Shown here: positions 49,101 through 60,434 of the stretch, one piece after another
How the letters are laid out: each line of letters starts with the position of its first letter
Numbering within the stretch: the first letter of the stretch is position 1
Assembly: GCA_045837725.1 (NCBI GenBank)
Contig: JBEWZL010000163.1
Span: 310,001 to 374,000, forward strand
Direction: 5' to 3'
DNA: 64,000 nt
Source: Vermamoeba vermiformis
Taxonomy: Eukaryota
Notes under the pieces: model-generated
Seen by the model: the letters and a program-made list of their open reading frames with translations, nothing else
The model's database searches: none
Told to the model about the DNA's origin: nothing
Position numbers and translations under genes: made by a program

Positions 49101-52016
49101 TGTTGAAGTTGCGGTTGTTGCTGCATCGCTGGGCCTTGTTGGGGTTGCAAGGAGGCAGTAACACCTTGAGTGTTTTGTACAAACTCATGTGGTTGCGAAG
49201 TTGGACCCGCTAGGCTGACTGGCAGCGGTCCTTGTAGTCTGTTCGCCTGTTGCAGCTGCGGTGTAGTAGGCGCCTGAAGTTGCTGCGCAGTGATGTTGTG
49301 TGTCATAATCAAGTTTTGTGATTGTACAGGTGGCTGCAGAGGCATGGCGGTAATGCCTTGATTGAGTGGGTGGATGAAGCCCTGCGACTGTTGTGGTGGC
49401 ACGAAATTGCCAAGCTCTGGTAGCATTCGGACTTGCTGTTGCTGCAGTTGAACTTGCGTATGTGATTGTGTAGCACTTTGGATTGGCGTAGCGAGGTTGA
49501 TTTGCATTTGTAGATCATTGGCACGTTGGTGCTGTGGTTGTACTGGGACTTGGTGCTGTGTCGACAGATGGGGCAGGCGTTGGGCGTTACTTAGCGGTGT
49601 CATTCGTTGTGAAGGCGGGGCCATGTTGTGGACAAAACGAGGCATTGCATTACTTGCTGCTTGATGTGGAATAAGACTACTATGCAGTGCCACAGGACCA
49701 TTTAAAAGTACCATTTGATGCGAATGCATCGGGTCTGTGCCCATTATGATATCCCCGTCGCTTTGAGGTCCAGGTTCTGGTCGAGCAATAATGCCGAACT
49801 TGCGCCCAACCGCATGAGGGTTGTCGGACCACCGGTTGCTTTCAGTAGAAGGATAGTTCATTGTTGGCATCCAATTTGATTGTGCGTTATGATTGTAGTT
49901 GTTTGCCTTGATGAGTGCAATATAGTGAGCTACAGTCAGGCCGTCCTCATCTAGTTGATAATCCTTTTGATTCATGAGAACATCCAATCTCGAATATAAC
50001 GCGTTAACGTGGGCGTCAAAACGGCGATACTGTGGAATTACGGGTAAAGCTACTTACAACGCTGTGCTGGGAAATGTCTGGTACGCCTTCACCAAAGTTG
50101 ACAGCTTTAGCGAACTCAGGTCAAAGCCAGGTCGAGATAGTACGTAAAAATAAAACTTAACTAAAGGTCAGTATAGTTCAATATGATTTATGTTGTGATT
50201 TGTTACTGTGGGTTGGGATGTGCTCAGCAAAACGTCGAGCTGCTCTGGCGTCCATTTCACTTGATTACGCTGGATCAGTAGTACAAGGACATTCACGAGC
50301 CGAGAACGTAATGCTAGCTACATAAGAAGTAAGTACGAAACAAGCTTGTTGGCAATATCGAGTGCTGTACTTACATCAATGAACGATAGACCACGATACT
50401 TCTTGTTAAAGTCGCATCTACCAATGAGTGAGTTGAGGACCTCTTCGGTGGCTAAACAGGTGTTAGACGAATAGTTTGATTGGTTGCAATCCGTCTTACC
50501 GAATGCATTTTTATGGTTAATGGAAAGATACGCATTTTGTGGCCTGAAGCGCAGCAGCAAGTACATGAACACTGGAATATCTTTCACAAGTTTGTTGGGG
50601 TCAGAGCCTAGACTCACTAGATGTTCATAGATTATCGCTGATTTTGCGTGCAAGAGCGGCGAGTCATCGTGAAGTGGGGAGTTCGGATCTGCTCCGAGTG
50701 AGATCAGCAGTGAGATTCTATCGAGGGAACCAGCAGTCACAGCAGATTTTAGGGGATAGTCCTGATTAATTGTAGTTAATAAAAGACATGAGCAACAGGC
50801 AGAACTATTACGCGTTACCTTTGAATTGTAGAACGGGACGAATAACTTTGGGCGAAATGAATTCGTCAAATAATCGCTGAAATAATTAGAAATGTAACAA
50901 ATACAGGCGTAAAAAAGACTTACACGTGATTGACGTCAAATCCGCGCTCTTTGACAAGGTAGGTCAATTGACTGTCAAGTAGCGCGGGATTATTTAAAAT
51001 ACTGCCGTCTTCATTGGGGTCTAAATGCGGAGATATAAGCGAAAAGTATTGAGAAAGGCAGCTCGGATTTAGGGCGAAACTTTTCTGGCAGATGAGCAGA
51101 GTGTTGTTGATCTTCTTTGGCTCCGGTGGTGGATTTTGGTAGTTGGTTGAGTAAAGCCTCTCGGTAAGAACCACTAGCTTGACGTGACTGAGGTGTTTTG
51201 CGATTAACGTCTCGGCTTCAGTGTACTCTCTAGAAGGTGTCTGGTACACGTTCATGACCAATCTCTGCAGTTTTGTCAGTCCTGACAGTAAGGCTGAAGC
51301 ATTGTATAGGAGGTCTAAATCTAAATAAAGCTCTTCGAGATTGGGTAGGCCCTAGACGAACTGTGTGTTAAAAGAATTGTAGTGGATCGATCGAGTGAAT
51401 CCGTACGGAAAAGAGAATGCCAGTGCCCTCAAAAAGGCTGCTCGTTTGCATATTCAAAATCTTCAAGTCTTTGCATAAAGGAGCTTGGGTGATGCCAAAT
51501 TTACCGGAGAGTATCAGAGAAACACGACGCAAGGATCTGAGCTGAAAAAGCTGATCAAGAAATCTTTCGGTATTGTTTCCGAGACTTATTTCCAATATAA
51601 CATCTTCAGCTGAAGGGCAATAGCGAAGGAAGAAGTCAACAAAAGATCTGGTCCGGGCAGCAAGCAGATGCGGTGTCATATTGGTCATCACTTGGCTGCT
51701 TATATTGAGTCTATTTACAACCCAAACAATCGACTTCCACGAGAGGGGACTTAATATAATATTTTTCCACCGCTTGCAAACCTGAAAACATATTTATTAG
51801 AAATTATCTCCAAATAATTAAATGAATTTCAGTCGAGTATTATGGCAATTACAATTTAATTGAACGATCTATTGCCGATATTGAATTTTAAGAAATTCAA
51901 TTCCTTTTTTTCCTGGATCTTACTTGTGCCAACGGTGCTCGTTCGTTAGCCAAGAGAAGGCAAAATATTTTACGCCATACATCTTCAATAAGATCTACGT
52001 CGCTATTTGGTTGCAT
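46108..52016 (-). CDS. Large F-box + LRR-like + ankyrin-repeat protein with a long Gln/Pro-rich insertion (may be one gene or two)
   Basis: N-terminus LIEDVWRKIFCLL...AQVCKRWKNII...W (F-box). Ankyrin motifs GETPLLILC, GWTPLHAA, GLTPLHHAA, GNTPLMVL, GDTALHIVC, GETAVD. ORF 48359..49987 is mostly Q/P low-complexity sequence. Confidence 0.75.
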
Positions 52017-52390
52017 ACGTGTGCGTTATCTCAACAGCTAACGAAAAATGCGAAGTTCCACAAACGGTCTGATCGCTGAACACGAAAAATTAAACTATGC
52101 TAAAAGGCTTAGGACTCAATTAGTAGCCTCCCAAGCGTTGGTGTTCGTGCAATGAATTTTTCTGGTTCGTCGTGGAAGAGCAGCCAGACCGAAATTGGAA
52201 ACGCACAAATATGTCAGGACAGTTTGACTGACAATTTTTGTATTTACCATAGTTTCTACGAGGATAATAACCAGCAAATCGAATAATTTTCAAGCAAGTT
52301 CACAGTGAACTGCAAAATGAAAAGAAGAATTCGAGATCCCTCGGGCTACACAGATTCTGCCGCTGACAGAAGAGCGACATTTTGGCTATA

Positions 52391-53871
52391 ATGAGTTACT
52401 GTAAGCACGATAAAATTTGAAGTACGCACGTAATAGACATCACTTGGTCATTACGTGCTCGTGTGGGGTAGTTTCAAATTAAATTAAATTTTTTAATTTT
52501 GATTTTATTTAAATATTTAAATTTAGTGGCATAGCTCAGCACCTGGCCACGAGAATTGCATCTCAATGTTTTAATGAACGTAATTTTTGGCCTAGTTCGA
52601 AACTAAATGGCAACCTTTTGCTCTGTAAAATTGACAAATAGTGACTCCTTGGACGCGTTTTTAGATGTAGCAAGACACGTTCTATAATGTATTATGCAAG
52701 ACACGACGTTCCAACGGCAGACATTGATGCGAGATGTCAAACGTCATCTCACGGCTAGCACCAATTCGTGGCATAGTAAATAATAACAACAATTCGTCGA
52801 ACGTGCATCACGACAATAATACTAGCAAAGTATGATATTAATGTGCGATGCAAAGCCGAAGACGACAACATGAAGAGAAGACGAAGCGAGTCAACTCCAT
52901 TCTCGCCAAGATCTGCATTAGTTTAAGCTTGGTTTTAGCGGTATGTTCGATCATCATTAGGTAACGAAGCGCCCTACCAATAGAAATCGAAACAAAGTCT
53001 GGCGCGTACTGGACGTAAATTTTGCCGGCCAATATTTTCCGAAACATTTCTTCGCAAAATAATTCTGGGACAAACTTTTGTTTTGATTTTGTACTGGCTT
53101 GTGTAGTATTTAGAAATGAATAGAGAACCATTAACTCCCGCTATAACAACTTTCGAAGTCGAATCTCAGGACCCGGTACTCGGCGCCTCAGCCATCACCC
53201 TCGACGCGAACGCGGATACCGTCGCTAGCCAAGCACGTTATTGTAGTGCTGTCTTGAAGAATAAAACAAGTAAGTCCTTGATTATTGTCAGCGCATGATT
53301 AATATTTATTTCGTAACAGTGGCCAAACAAGATGCGACCGTAGCTGACAGCATTTCAAGGCTCTGTTTAGCCGCTTTGGTAGCCTTAATAAGTAAGAACC
53401 GATAATATATGATTAAAACGGCGTTTAACTCGTAAAATAGATGAAAACAATGCACTTTTTAAGGCAGCGTCGGAGAAGCAGGCGCTACAAATGCTCGACC
53501 ACCTTGTACTGACAAAGCGAGATCACCTTAAAAATATCGTCAAGCCAATAGTTGAAGACATCTTGCAAGAGCTCATCGGTGGCCAACATCAAGACGGTGA
53601 GATCTACCAAGCGCATGCCAGCCGAGCTGCGCATCCGCCAAACAGACCAACTATTTGGGCCAGCGACAAAGAAAACATCGTCAAGAATAACAACGCTACC
53701 CAACAATTCAATTCGATGGAAGATCTAAGCGCTGTAGAAGACGAAAGACAACGCATGCGTCAGCGTTCAAGATCCGACAAGGAGAGCGACGAGCGTCTTC
53801 GTGAGCGACAGTTGCCCATCCCATCAAGTGACAAGGGGCTTGAGGCAAGTCTGGATCGCGAAGAAATGTAA
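52391..53871 (+). CDS. Hypothetical protein, multi-exon
   Basis: A series of open segments bounded by GT/AG sites ending in ORF 53491..53871. No family recognised and start uncertain. Confidence 0.45.
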
Positions 53872-53937
53872 CGCTTTCGTGGGCAATTTATTGTCGGCGG
53901 CAAGCTGTTTTTTAAACCTGTAACCATATTTCGGTAT

Positions 53938-54510
53938 TTACTCTGTAAACGAGATGTAGTGCAGAAACTTTCTTCTCTTGACTTTTAGCTTATCAGATCG
54001 ACGAATATTAAAATCGTTGACGTAAAACTTTGACAAGGCCGAGATCTGTTGCGCGGTCATTTTTTGCAAATCTCCAAGAGTTAAAGGAAATAAATCTTTT
54101 GGAGGATCTGTGCCTAAATCGATGGCCTTAATATCATTTTAATTTGTTAATTCTTGCTTACCTCGTAATCTTTCTGGCTCCCCTGGAGCTAGGCGCTCTT
54201 TTCGAAGTGGATGCAGTTCGTGCCATGGCTCCGTCGCCTTATCGTTAATTATAGTTCTAACACTGCCATTATACCAACAGACTTGGCTATACGGAGGTAT
54301 GTTGACGATTATGAGAGGTTGATCCAACTTCGCTTGCACATCGGCGGATCCTTTCTTGTTTGTGCTTTGTTTCGGGGCAGACTTTCGAGGAGGGACAACG
54401 GAACGAGTCTGTGGTTGCTTCTGGCTAGGCTTGGTGTTCAACTGTGGCTTAGTTGCTACGAGTTTATTCTTTTCACTAGCACCGGTGTTGTCTTGCGGCG
54501 GGTACTTCAT
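53938..54510 (-). CDS. Small basic protein with a Mug135-like C-terminal motif, 2 exons
   Basis: ATG at 54510 and an intron near 54128-54161. C-terminus GTDPPKDLFPLTLGDLQKMTAQQISALSKFY...KRRKFLHYISFTE* resembles the G..P...FP.T...L pattern of Mug135-like domains (recognition from memory). Confidence 0.6.
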
Positions 54511-54771
54511 AATTACGAATTGCACTGGAGTTGTGGTCACTCGGAGAAGCAAGTGAGAAGCAAGTTGTTGAGCTGAAAAATTTGCGCTTTTTGTGTTTTG
54601 TTTTCGGCCCGCTTTGTGGCAACTTTGCAGCAGTTCAACAGCAGAACGGTTCTTGGATTCATGACGTCCAAAATGCAATTATTACGAAAACAAGTGTTGC
54701 TGATTGCGCGTTTGCTCATCAAGTTCGTTGAACCAACACTCGAAGCAGCAAAGAGAAGTGGGCAGTGGGAA

Positions 54772-57085
54772 CTAATTGTTCATTTGCACGTCGTTAACTT
54801 CGCTCGTGTTCGTGTTGTTATCGCTCCTCCGTGCGTTACTCTGCTGTGCCGCTGGTTTGCCGCGCATTCCGCGACCGCGACCACGACCAAAATGAAAGGA
54901 CTTGGGCACGCTGCCTTTGAACACGACTTGCTGGTGTGAGCTTGATTCGACTTGCATTGAACTCTCCTCACTTGTGCTGGTAGTATTATCGCTCTTATTG
55001 TCAGTAGTAGCTGGCTTCTTATTGTAGTTTCTGCCGCCTCGCCCGCGCTGATTGAAGTTCTTTTGCTTGTTGCCGCGAGTTGAAGCTGATGAGGCCTTGC
55101 TTGTGGCGTTATGCACAGTGCCATCGCTATCTTCCTTCATATTTGTGCTTTCATTAATGTTGGTAGCGTCGGTTTGCTCGGTGGCCATCAGATCTGACCC
55201 GGTGGTTGCATCAGCCTTCGCGCTGGTACTATTATTAACATTGTCTTCTTCTACGTCCATCTTATTGAACGGATTTCTAGGTCGTTTTGTTTGCTTCGCT
55301 TTGTTCTCGGCCATCGGGCTATTTGTAGCGGATCCAGTCGCTCCATCTTTACTCATGTTCGATTTCTTTGGCTTCCGTTTAATACTCCTAAGCAAATATT
55401 ATGGTTAGAATTGTGGTATTTACGAAAATATTAACGAGTATTACCTTGCGGTTAGGTTCTGAAAATCAAATGTCTTCGGGTACGCGTGTACGTGGATCAA
55501 GTGTTGTTTTCTTTTCTCTTCGTTGATGAACTTCTCTTTGCAACTTTCTACGAGACATTGATACTATTAATAGTAAGATATTAGATACTGCAACAAAAAA
55601 AAATCGGATCGCATCTTGAAAGACTTTTACTCAGCATGTTTTAATTTAGATCCAGCATAACAAGCAAAAAAAGAAAGTGATTGCGTATCGCGCATCCTGC
55701 GGCAAAGACTACCAGACCCGCATCGCAGGCCCAGTAGCCTTAAGTCCGAAGTATTCCCTCTTTATCTTGAATCTTGTAGTCAATCATAACGACTGGTGTA
55801 AACGATGAAGCGCGGGTACAGAGCACCTTCTCAGCGAATATGGCGTGCTCATAGGCGTCTAAGGAATGCATTTGTGATGAATGTTAAGTAAATTATGGTA
55901 ATCTCCTCAATCGGAATCGCGATAATAGCGACGCGATGGTTGTGGCTAAAAAGTTCGGTTTGGTGGTATAATAAAACCAAGAACGAAACTGCGCTGACTC
56001 GGGAGGCGGATGCAATAAATGAATGTAACGAACCACTACCAAAAATGCAAAAAATATAATTGGCCAAGAACAGCCTAGCTTGGACCTTCAGACCGAGTAA
56101 AGGATAAAAAATAAAAAGGATTGTAGGCCCGGGTGCGAGTTACACGCACATCCACTCGAATTGTAACATCCTTAATAACTTCAGGGCTCTCCCGAGAGAG
56201 AGCCCCGAAAATCGAAATCACCGAAGTGACAGACGAGGGGGCTATTATTGCCCAACGCAGGCCTACACTCGAATGAAGGTCGAGCTGAGTGTTTCATTGT
56301 CTGTTCGCCTTCGTCGGAGAAAATATTGTGGGTGCCTCGCCAATATAATTAATTTTGGCCACAAATGTGAAAAGAAAATTTTAAGAACAGTCTCTCGATT
56401 GTTGAAATAGCTGTCAGCTGGCAGATCTTACGAAGGATCGCAACATAAAAACAATTTCCATCAAAGTAAAATAATTAATTTGTATGGAGACGTACCATAT
56501 TTTGTCGGGTCGATAAGAGCTTGAAATAATTATCGTGGTGTTCGAGCACGTGTATTTCAAGCCAGAACGGCGTCGGATAAATCTTCTTGCAGAACTGGCA
56601 AACGTTTCTAATGTAATTAGATTGTTAGCACTATATTAGTTGCAAACTATGAGGTAGGCATCTTACTTATGCGCGGAGTTGTAATGAGCTTCGTAGGCTT
56701 GTACATCTGTAAAAGTAGATTTGCAACCCTTGATACCGCACCGAAATTCATCCACGATGCTGAATATAATTTGAAATTATTATTCTGCAATTAAAGATAA
56801 TATTGCACCGAAGCATAAGGAAATTGCACCGATCACCTCTTAAAAAATTAATTTAAAATTATGACAGTGTTTCTATTATAATTTCATATCAATACTAATG
56901 TTAAAAATACATAGGAGATAATCTTACATCGATGATTTGGGTTCTTGTACCTCGAGCAAGCCAAACTTTGAAGTGAGATCGAATTCTACCGAGTCATCAG
57001 CCTCTGTATTGATATCAGGGGTGTATCTTCGCTTTGTATACGTGAACCCAGTCAAAAAGGGTGCGAAAGTTGGTTCTACATCCAT
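54772..57085 (-). CDS. ZNF511: ZNF511-like C2H2 zinc finger protein, 5 exons
   Basis: FRCGIKGCKSTF...YEAHYNSAH, NVCQFCKKIYP...LEIHVLEHHDNYF...QNM|YQCLVESCKEKF...RKQHLIHVHAYPKTFDF and C-terminal VPKSFHFGRGRGRG, matching the ZNF511 three-finger layout. Confidence 0.88.
55665..56345 (-). ncRNA. Candidate intronic structured RNA of unknown family (inside the 932-nt ZNF511 intron 55564-56495)
   Basis: Nested stems 56274-56281/56083-56090 and 56259-56267/56122-56130, a cUUCGg hairpin at 56217-56230, a 13-bp hairpin at 56180-56209, a pseudoknot at 56133-56167 and a 15-bp hairpin with five G-U pairs at 55707-55739. The G-U pairs work only on the minus (host sense) strand. Ends unknown. Confidence 0.6.
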
Positions 57086-57422
57086 GGTTTAAATTCAACT
57101 ACGAAAATTTGGGCGGCAAAAGTTTGTTTGGTTGTCCTCCTATCCGTTCGACAGTACGTACGACGTAGAGTAGATCCGTAAGTAATGTTGGCTATCAATT
57201 AGAGTTATTCCGCTTTCAGACTAGCCATTGCACTTATATTAACTGCTGGACCTTTGTTCGCAGCTCTTTTCCTTTGCTTCATAGTTATTATCGCTTTTAT
57301 TAGTACCTAAACACAAACAAAAACAACAAACCTGCTTCGCATCTTGATAGTTAGTTAGAACTATCAGTATGGACGACAGTTAAGAAAAATTCAAGTAAGC
57401 AGATCTGGGAAACAAGTGCTAT

Positions 57423-58056
57423 CTACTTTATGGGCAAGGGAATGAGAGCGATTCTCTTTTGTAAGTCCCAATTAGCGGCGAAAATAGCACGCAAGCTATC
57501 AGGAAGCGACCTCGGTTCCTTCTTTGCAGCCAGATGTTCTTTCCATGAACCAAGCACCGTGTTACGAATAGCGCGGAGTAATTCAATAGCTTTCGATTCG
57601 CTGTCCGTCAAAATTGCTTTTGTTTGCAATTTTTCAGAAAGGCGCTGCATCATTTCTTCGTAAAAAGTGGAAAAATAGCTGAGATTGTAGGGCGAGCATT
57701 CGAATTCATCAAAGTTTGTTTGCTTGGCAAATATGCTGAGTTCATCTTCAAAAGGATTATCCTCTTGTTGTAAAGCTCTTGCAATTACCCCGACCTGGAT
57801 AGCAACAACCTGCATCTGGCGTAAAAAAAAAAGAATATTAAGACTGAACAACTCGGCGATTAGTAGTTACCTCGTAGACCTTGTATCAAGGTAAGTGCTT
57901 ATTGTGCTGTTACGTTGCAAACGTGAATGTACATCCAATTCTAACCCAAAACCAAACGGTTTTGCAAAGAAACTTCGGATGCAAACTTGCCGGAACGAAA
58001 TTCGGTGGCCAATGGCAACAAGAGAGTAGGGAGAAAAACGAGGACCACTGGAATCA
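57423..58056 (-). CDS. Hypothetical protein
   Basis: ORF 57423..57851 has an AG acceptor near 57817 and a probable upstream exon. Start unresolved. Confidence 0.4.
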
Positions 58057-58174
58057 TAAAACCATGTTTAGTATGTTTTCTGTGCGAGTCCTAGCGAGGT
58101 CTAAAAATAACCTGCTGCACGCGATCAGGAGGCGAAAGGTTTTTGAACTATCATTTGCTACAGAATGTATTACC

Positions 58175-59993
58175 ATGGAGCACAATACAAATCATAATAA
58201 TAAGTTCGGTGGTTTCGAGCAGGTCTTTCAGTCGTTGCTGAAAGATCTGATCTCGAAGGCTAATAGAGAAGACGATGCAGTTATCGGAAATATTACGAAG
58301 AAAAATTGCATGCATTTGTTAGAGGAAGAGGAGCCTGTTGTAATCGATGTAAGTCATTTTAACCAGATCTGATCTCAAAAAATTCAATTTAATTTAACAA
58401 TTATTTAATTTATATTATAACTACGCATACTATATTTATAGCGCTATTTAATCATTATTTTAATTATTTTAATTTTGGCTGTTGAAATTCAATTCTGTTA
58501 AATTTCTCAATATTGCTCCTTACTAGCGCAATATTACTCACGAGTTCTTATTATTAGAACGTCAAAAAACCCGTAGTGCACGATATTCCGACTCAATTCG
58601 ATCTCGATGGCGTATTTCATTACATTCAGAAATTCGGCGTTAAAATCTCACCAAAGGCAACAGAGCTCAAGGAGGTAATAATATCTGTAATAGTATATAA
58701 GCTAGTACAAAGGAAAATCAATTCGAGGAATATTGCGCAAAGCGGCCAGATCCAAAAGTAGATCCGTTTTTCGTTTCTGTTACTTTATGAATTGACAATT
58801 TACTAATTATGCTGTATTTATTTATAGAACGGAAACAATGCGCGAGATACCGTTGAATACGAACATTTATTCACAGCTGAAGAGAGATTGAATTACACTC
58901 CGTTGCCAACTCGACCGTACTACAAAGAGGTACTAATGGATATTGAGAATAGGCACTGATATGTTATTAACAATCGCTCTATTTTTAGCTCTCGAAGATA
59001 ATTCGTCTCTGGGCTGAAAAAGAAGAATTTCCGATCAAGTTTATTGATTTGAACGGGTTCAATGAGGTCCAAAGGGATTCCGAGAGGTATTATAGCACCT
59101 TAAATAGTACAATAGGACTAATATAACTATAAGATTGGTGTTATTAACCCCTACAATTCTTGAAATGAGCAAGAAATGGAATAACGGATCTGATGAAGAC
59201 AAAACGAATATTGTGCAGTCGTTAATAGAGGTATAAATGATATCAATATGCTATTTAGTACTTACATACAATACAGACGTTGAATATTCGTGGATTGATG
59301 ACGCTGATGAGACAGCGCTGGACTCCCGGCTCGATGAACACTTTTCCGCCCAGCTGGAATCAATTGCTTTACGCGTTTAATCAGCCAGTATGTGGTCATA
59401 TTATTATATATGTGATGTATATTAATTTTATTGATCAGCATGATGAACGGACGAGGTTGAGTGTTGGTGCCCGTGCGCTGTCAAAACATTCGGGCAGATC
59501 CAGCGAACAGTTTTGGCCTTCTGCAACGGTAAGTAGTAATATAGTATTGAACATATATATGTATGTCAGTATTAGTCTTATTATAATTGTACCATTCGTT
59601 CGTATCAAATTGAAATCGCAACACGATATGCAACGACGAATAATTATTCGTTGGCAAAATTAGAACTTATAGGAATGGCTTTAACCTGTTATATATGAGT
59701 AATATTATCATTAGGGGCCTGAATTGGCGCAAAATAAGAAAGCAGAAGATATACTAAGGAAAATAATGCGTGACGCGCAGTGGATCAATATTCACTGGCT
59801 TCCAGTACGTAGTATTCTATTATTATTTCGTGCATTATGCTGACATAACATCATATTATAGCACGATGTATTTATATTCGAAGTACGAAATAGTCAATCG
59901 TACGGGGCGAGATGGACTGCGGATGGAAAAAAGTTTCGAGGTTTCTTGGAGCCGCAAATGGAGGGCGGTCATGAAGTGGGTTGGAAACATTAA
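58175..59993 (+). CDS. Conserved hypothetical protein with a C-terminal polymorphic-toxin-like (ARALSKH...GARW...FRGFLEP) domain
   Basis: Spliced C-terminus LSVGARALSKHSGRSSEQFWP...NKKAEDILRKIMRDAQWINIHWLPHDVFIFEVRNSQSYGARWTADGKKFRGFLEPQMEGGHEVGWKH*. Confidence 0.75.
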
Positions 59994-60434
59994 TATAATT
60001 TAGTATGATAGGGGATGAAAAGAAATGTTCTAACCGAAAGTAAAAACGCGTGATCGAACTTTCGGTTACATTACTGCAGCATTTTTAAAAGTGGAAATAG
60101 CGTTATATCTATTATAATATGTTATGAATAGTATTACCTGCGCAGTAGAATAATTTTGGCAATATTTTCAGTTAGATTCGTACCGAAGATCTTCCGCAGC
60201 AAAATCGTAAGTACAATTTATGCGAATGTAGGTAATAGTCGCATGAAGATAGAGATATTGACATGAAGTTTCGGCGGTTGTGGTTCCTGTCGATATGCTT
60301 CTTGAGAAAGCACATGGATCTTTTCTTATTTTTTGAGCTGACCAATCAGGTGCGTTTAATCAAAAGGTTAAAAACAGAAATTCGTTGTGTCTTTTCATTC
60401 AGTTTGAATACTAAACACTCAACAACCAACAACA

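Noticed and set aside
55790-55850. GCUGAGA...UACCC on the minus strand, resembling a TPP riboswitch
   Set aside because: The downstream ACCUGAU/P4-P5 and upstream GGG elements are missing, and the host gene is unrelated to thiamine.
55874-55998. Plus-strand GTGATGA ... CTGA pair resembling a C/D snoRNA
   Set aside because: It is antisense to the host intron, lacks a terminal stem adjacent to box D, and has no recognisable guide sequence.
56182-56193. CAGGGCTCTCCC, reminiscent of a stretch of vertebrate RNase P RNA, with nearby GAAGGTC/TTCAGAC
   Set aside because: The CR-I and CR-V-like words are in the wrong order and the G-U pattern favours the opposite strand.
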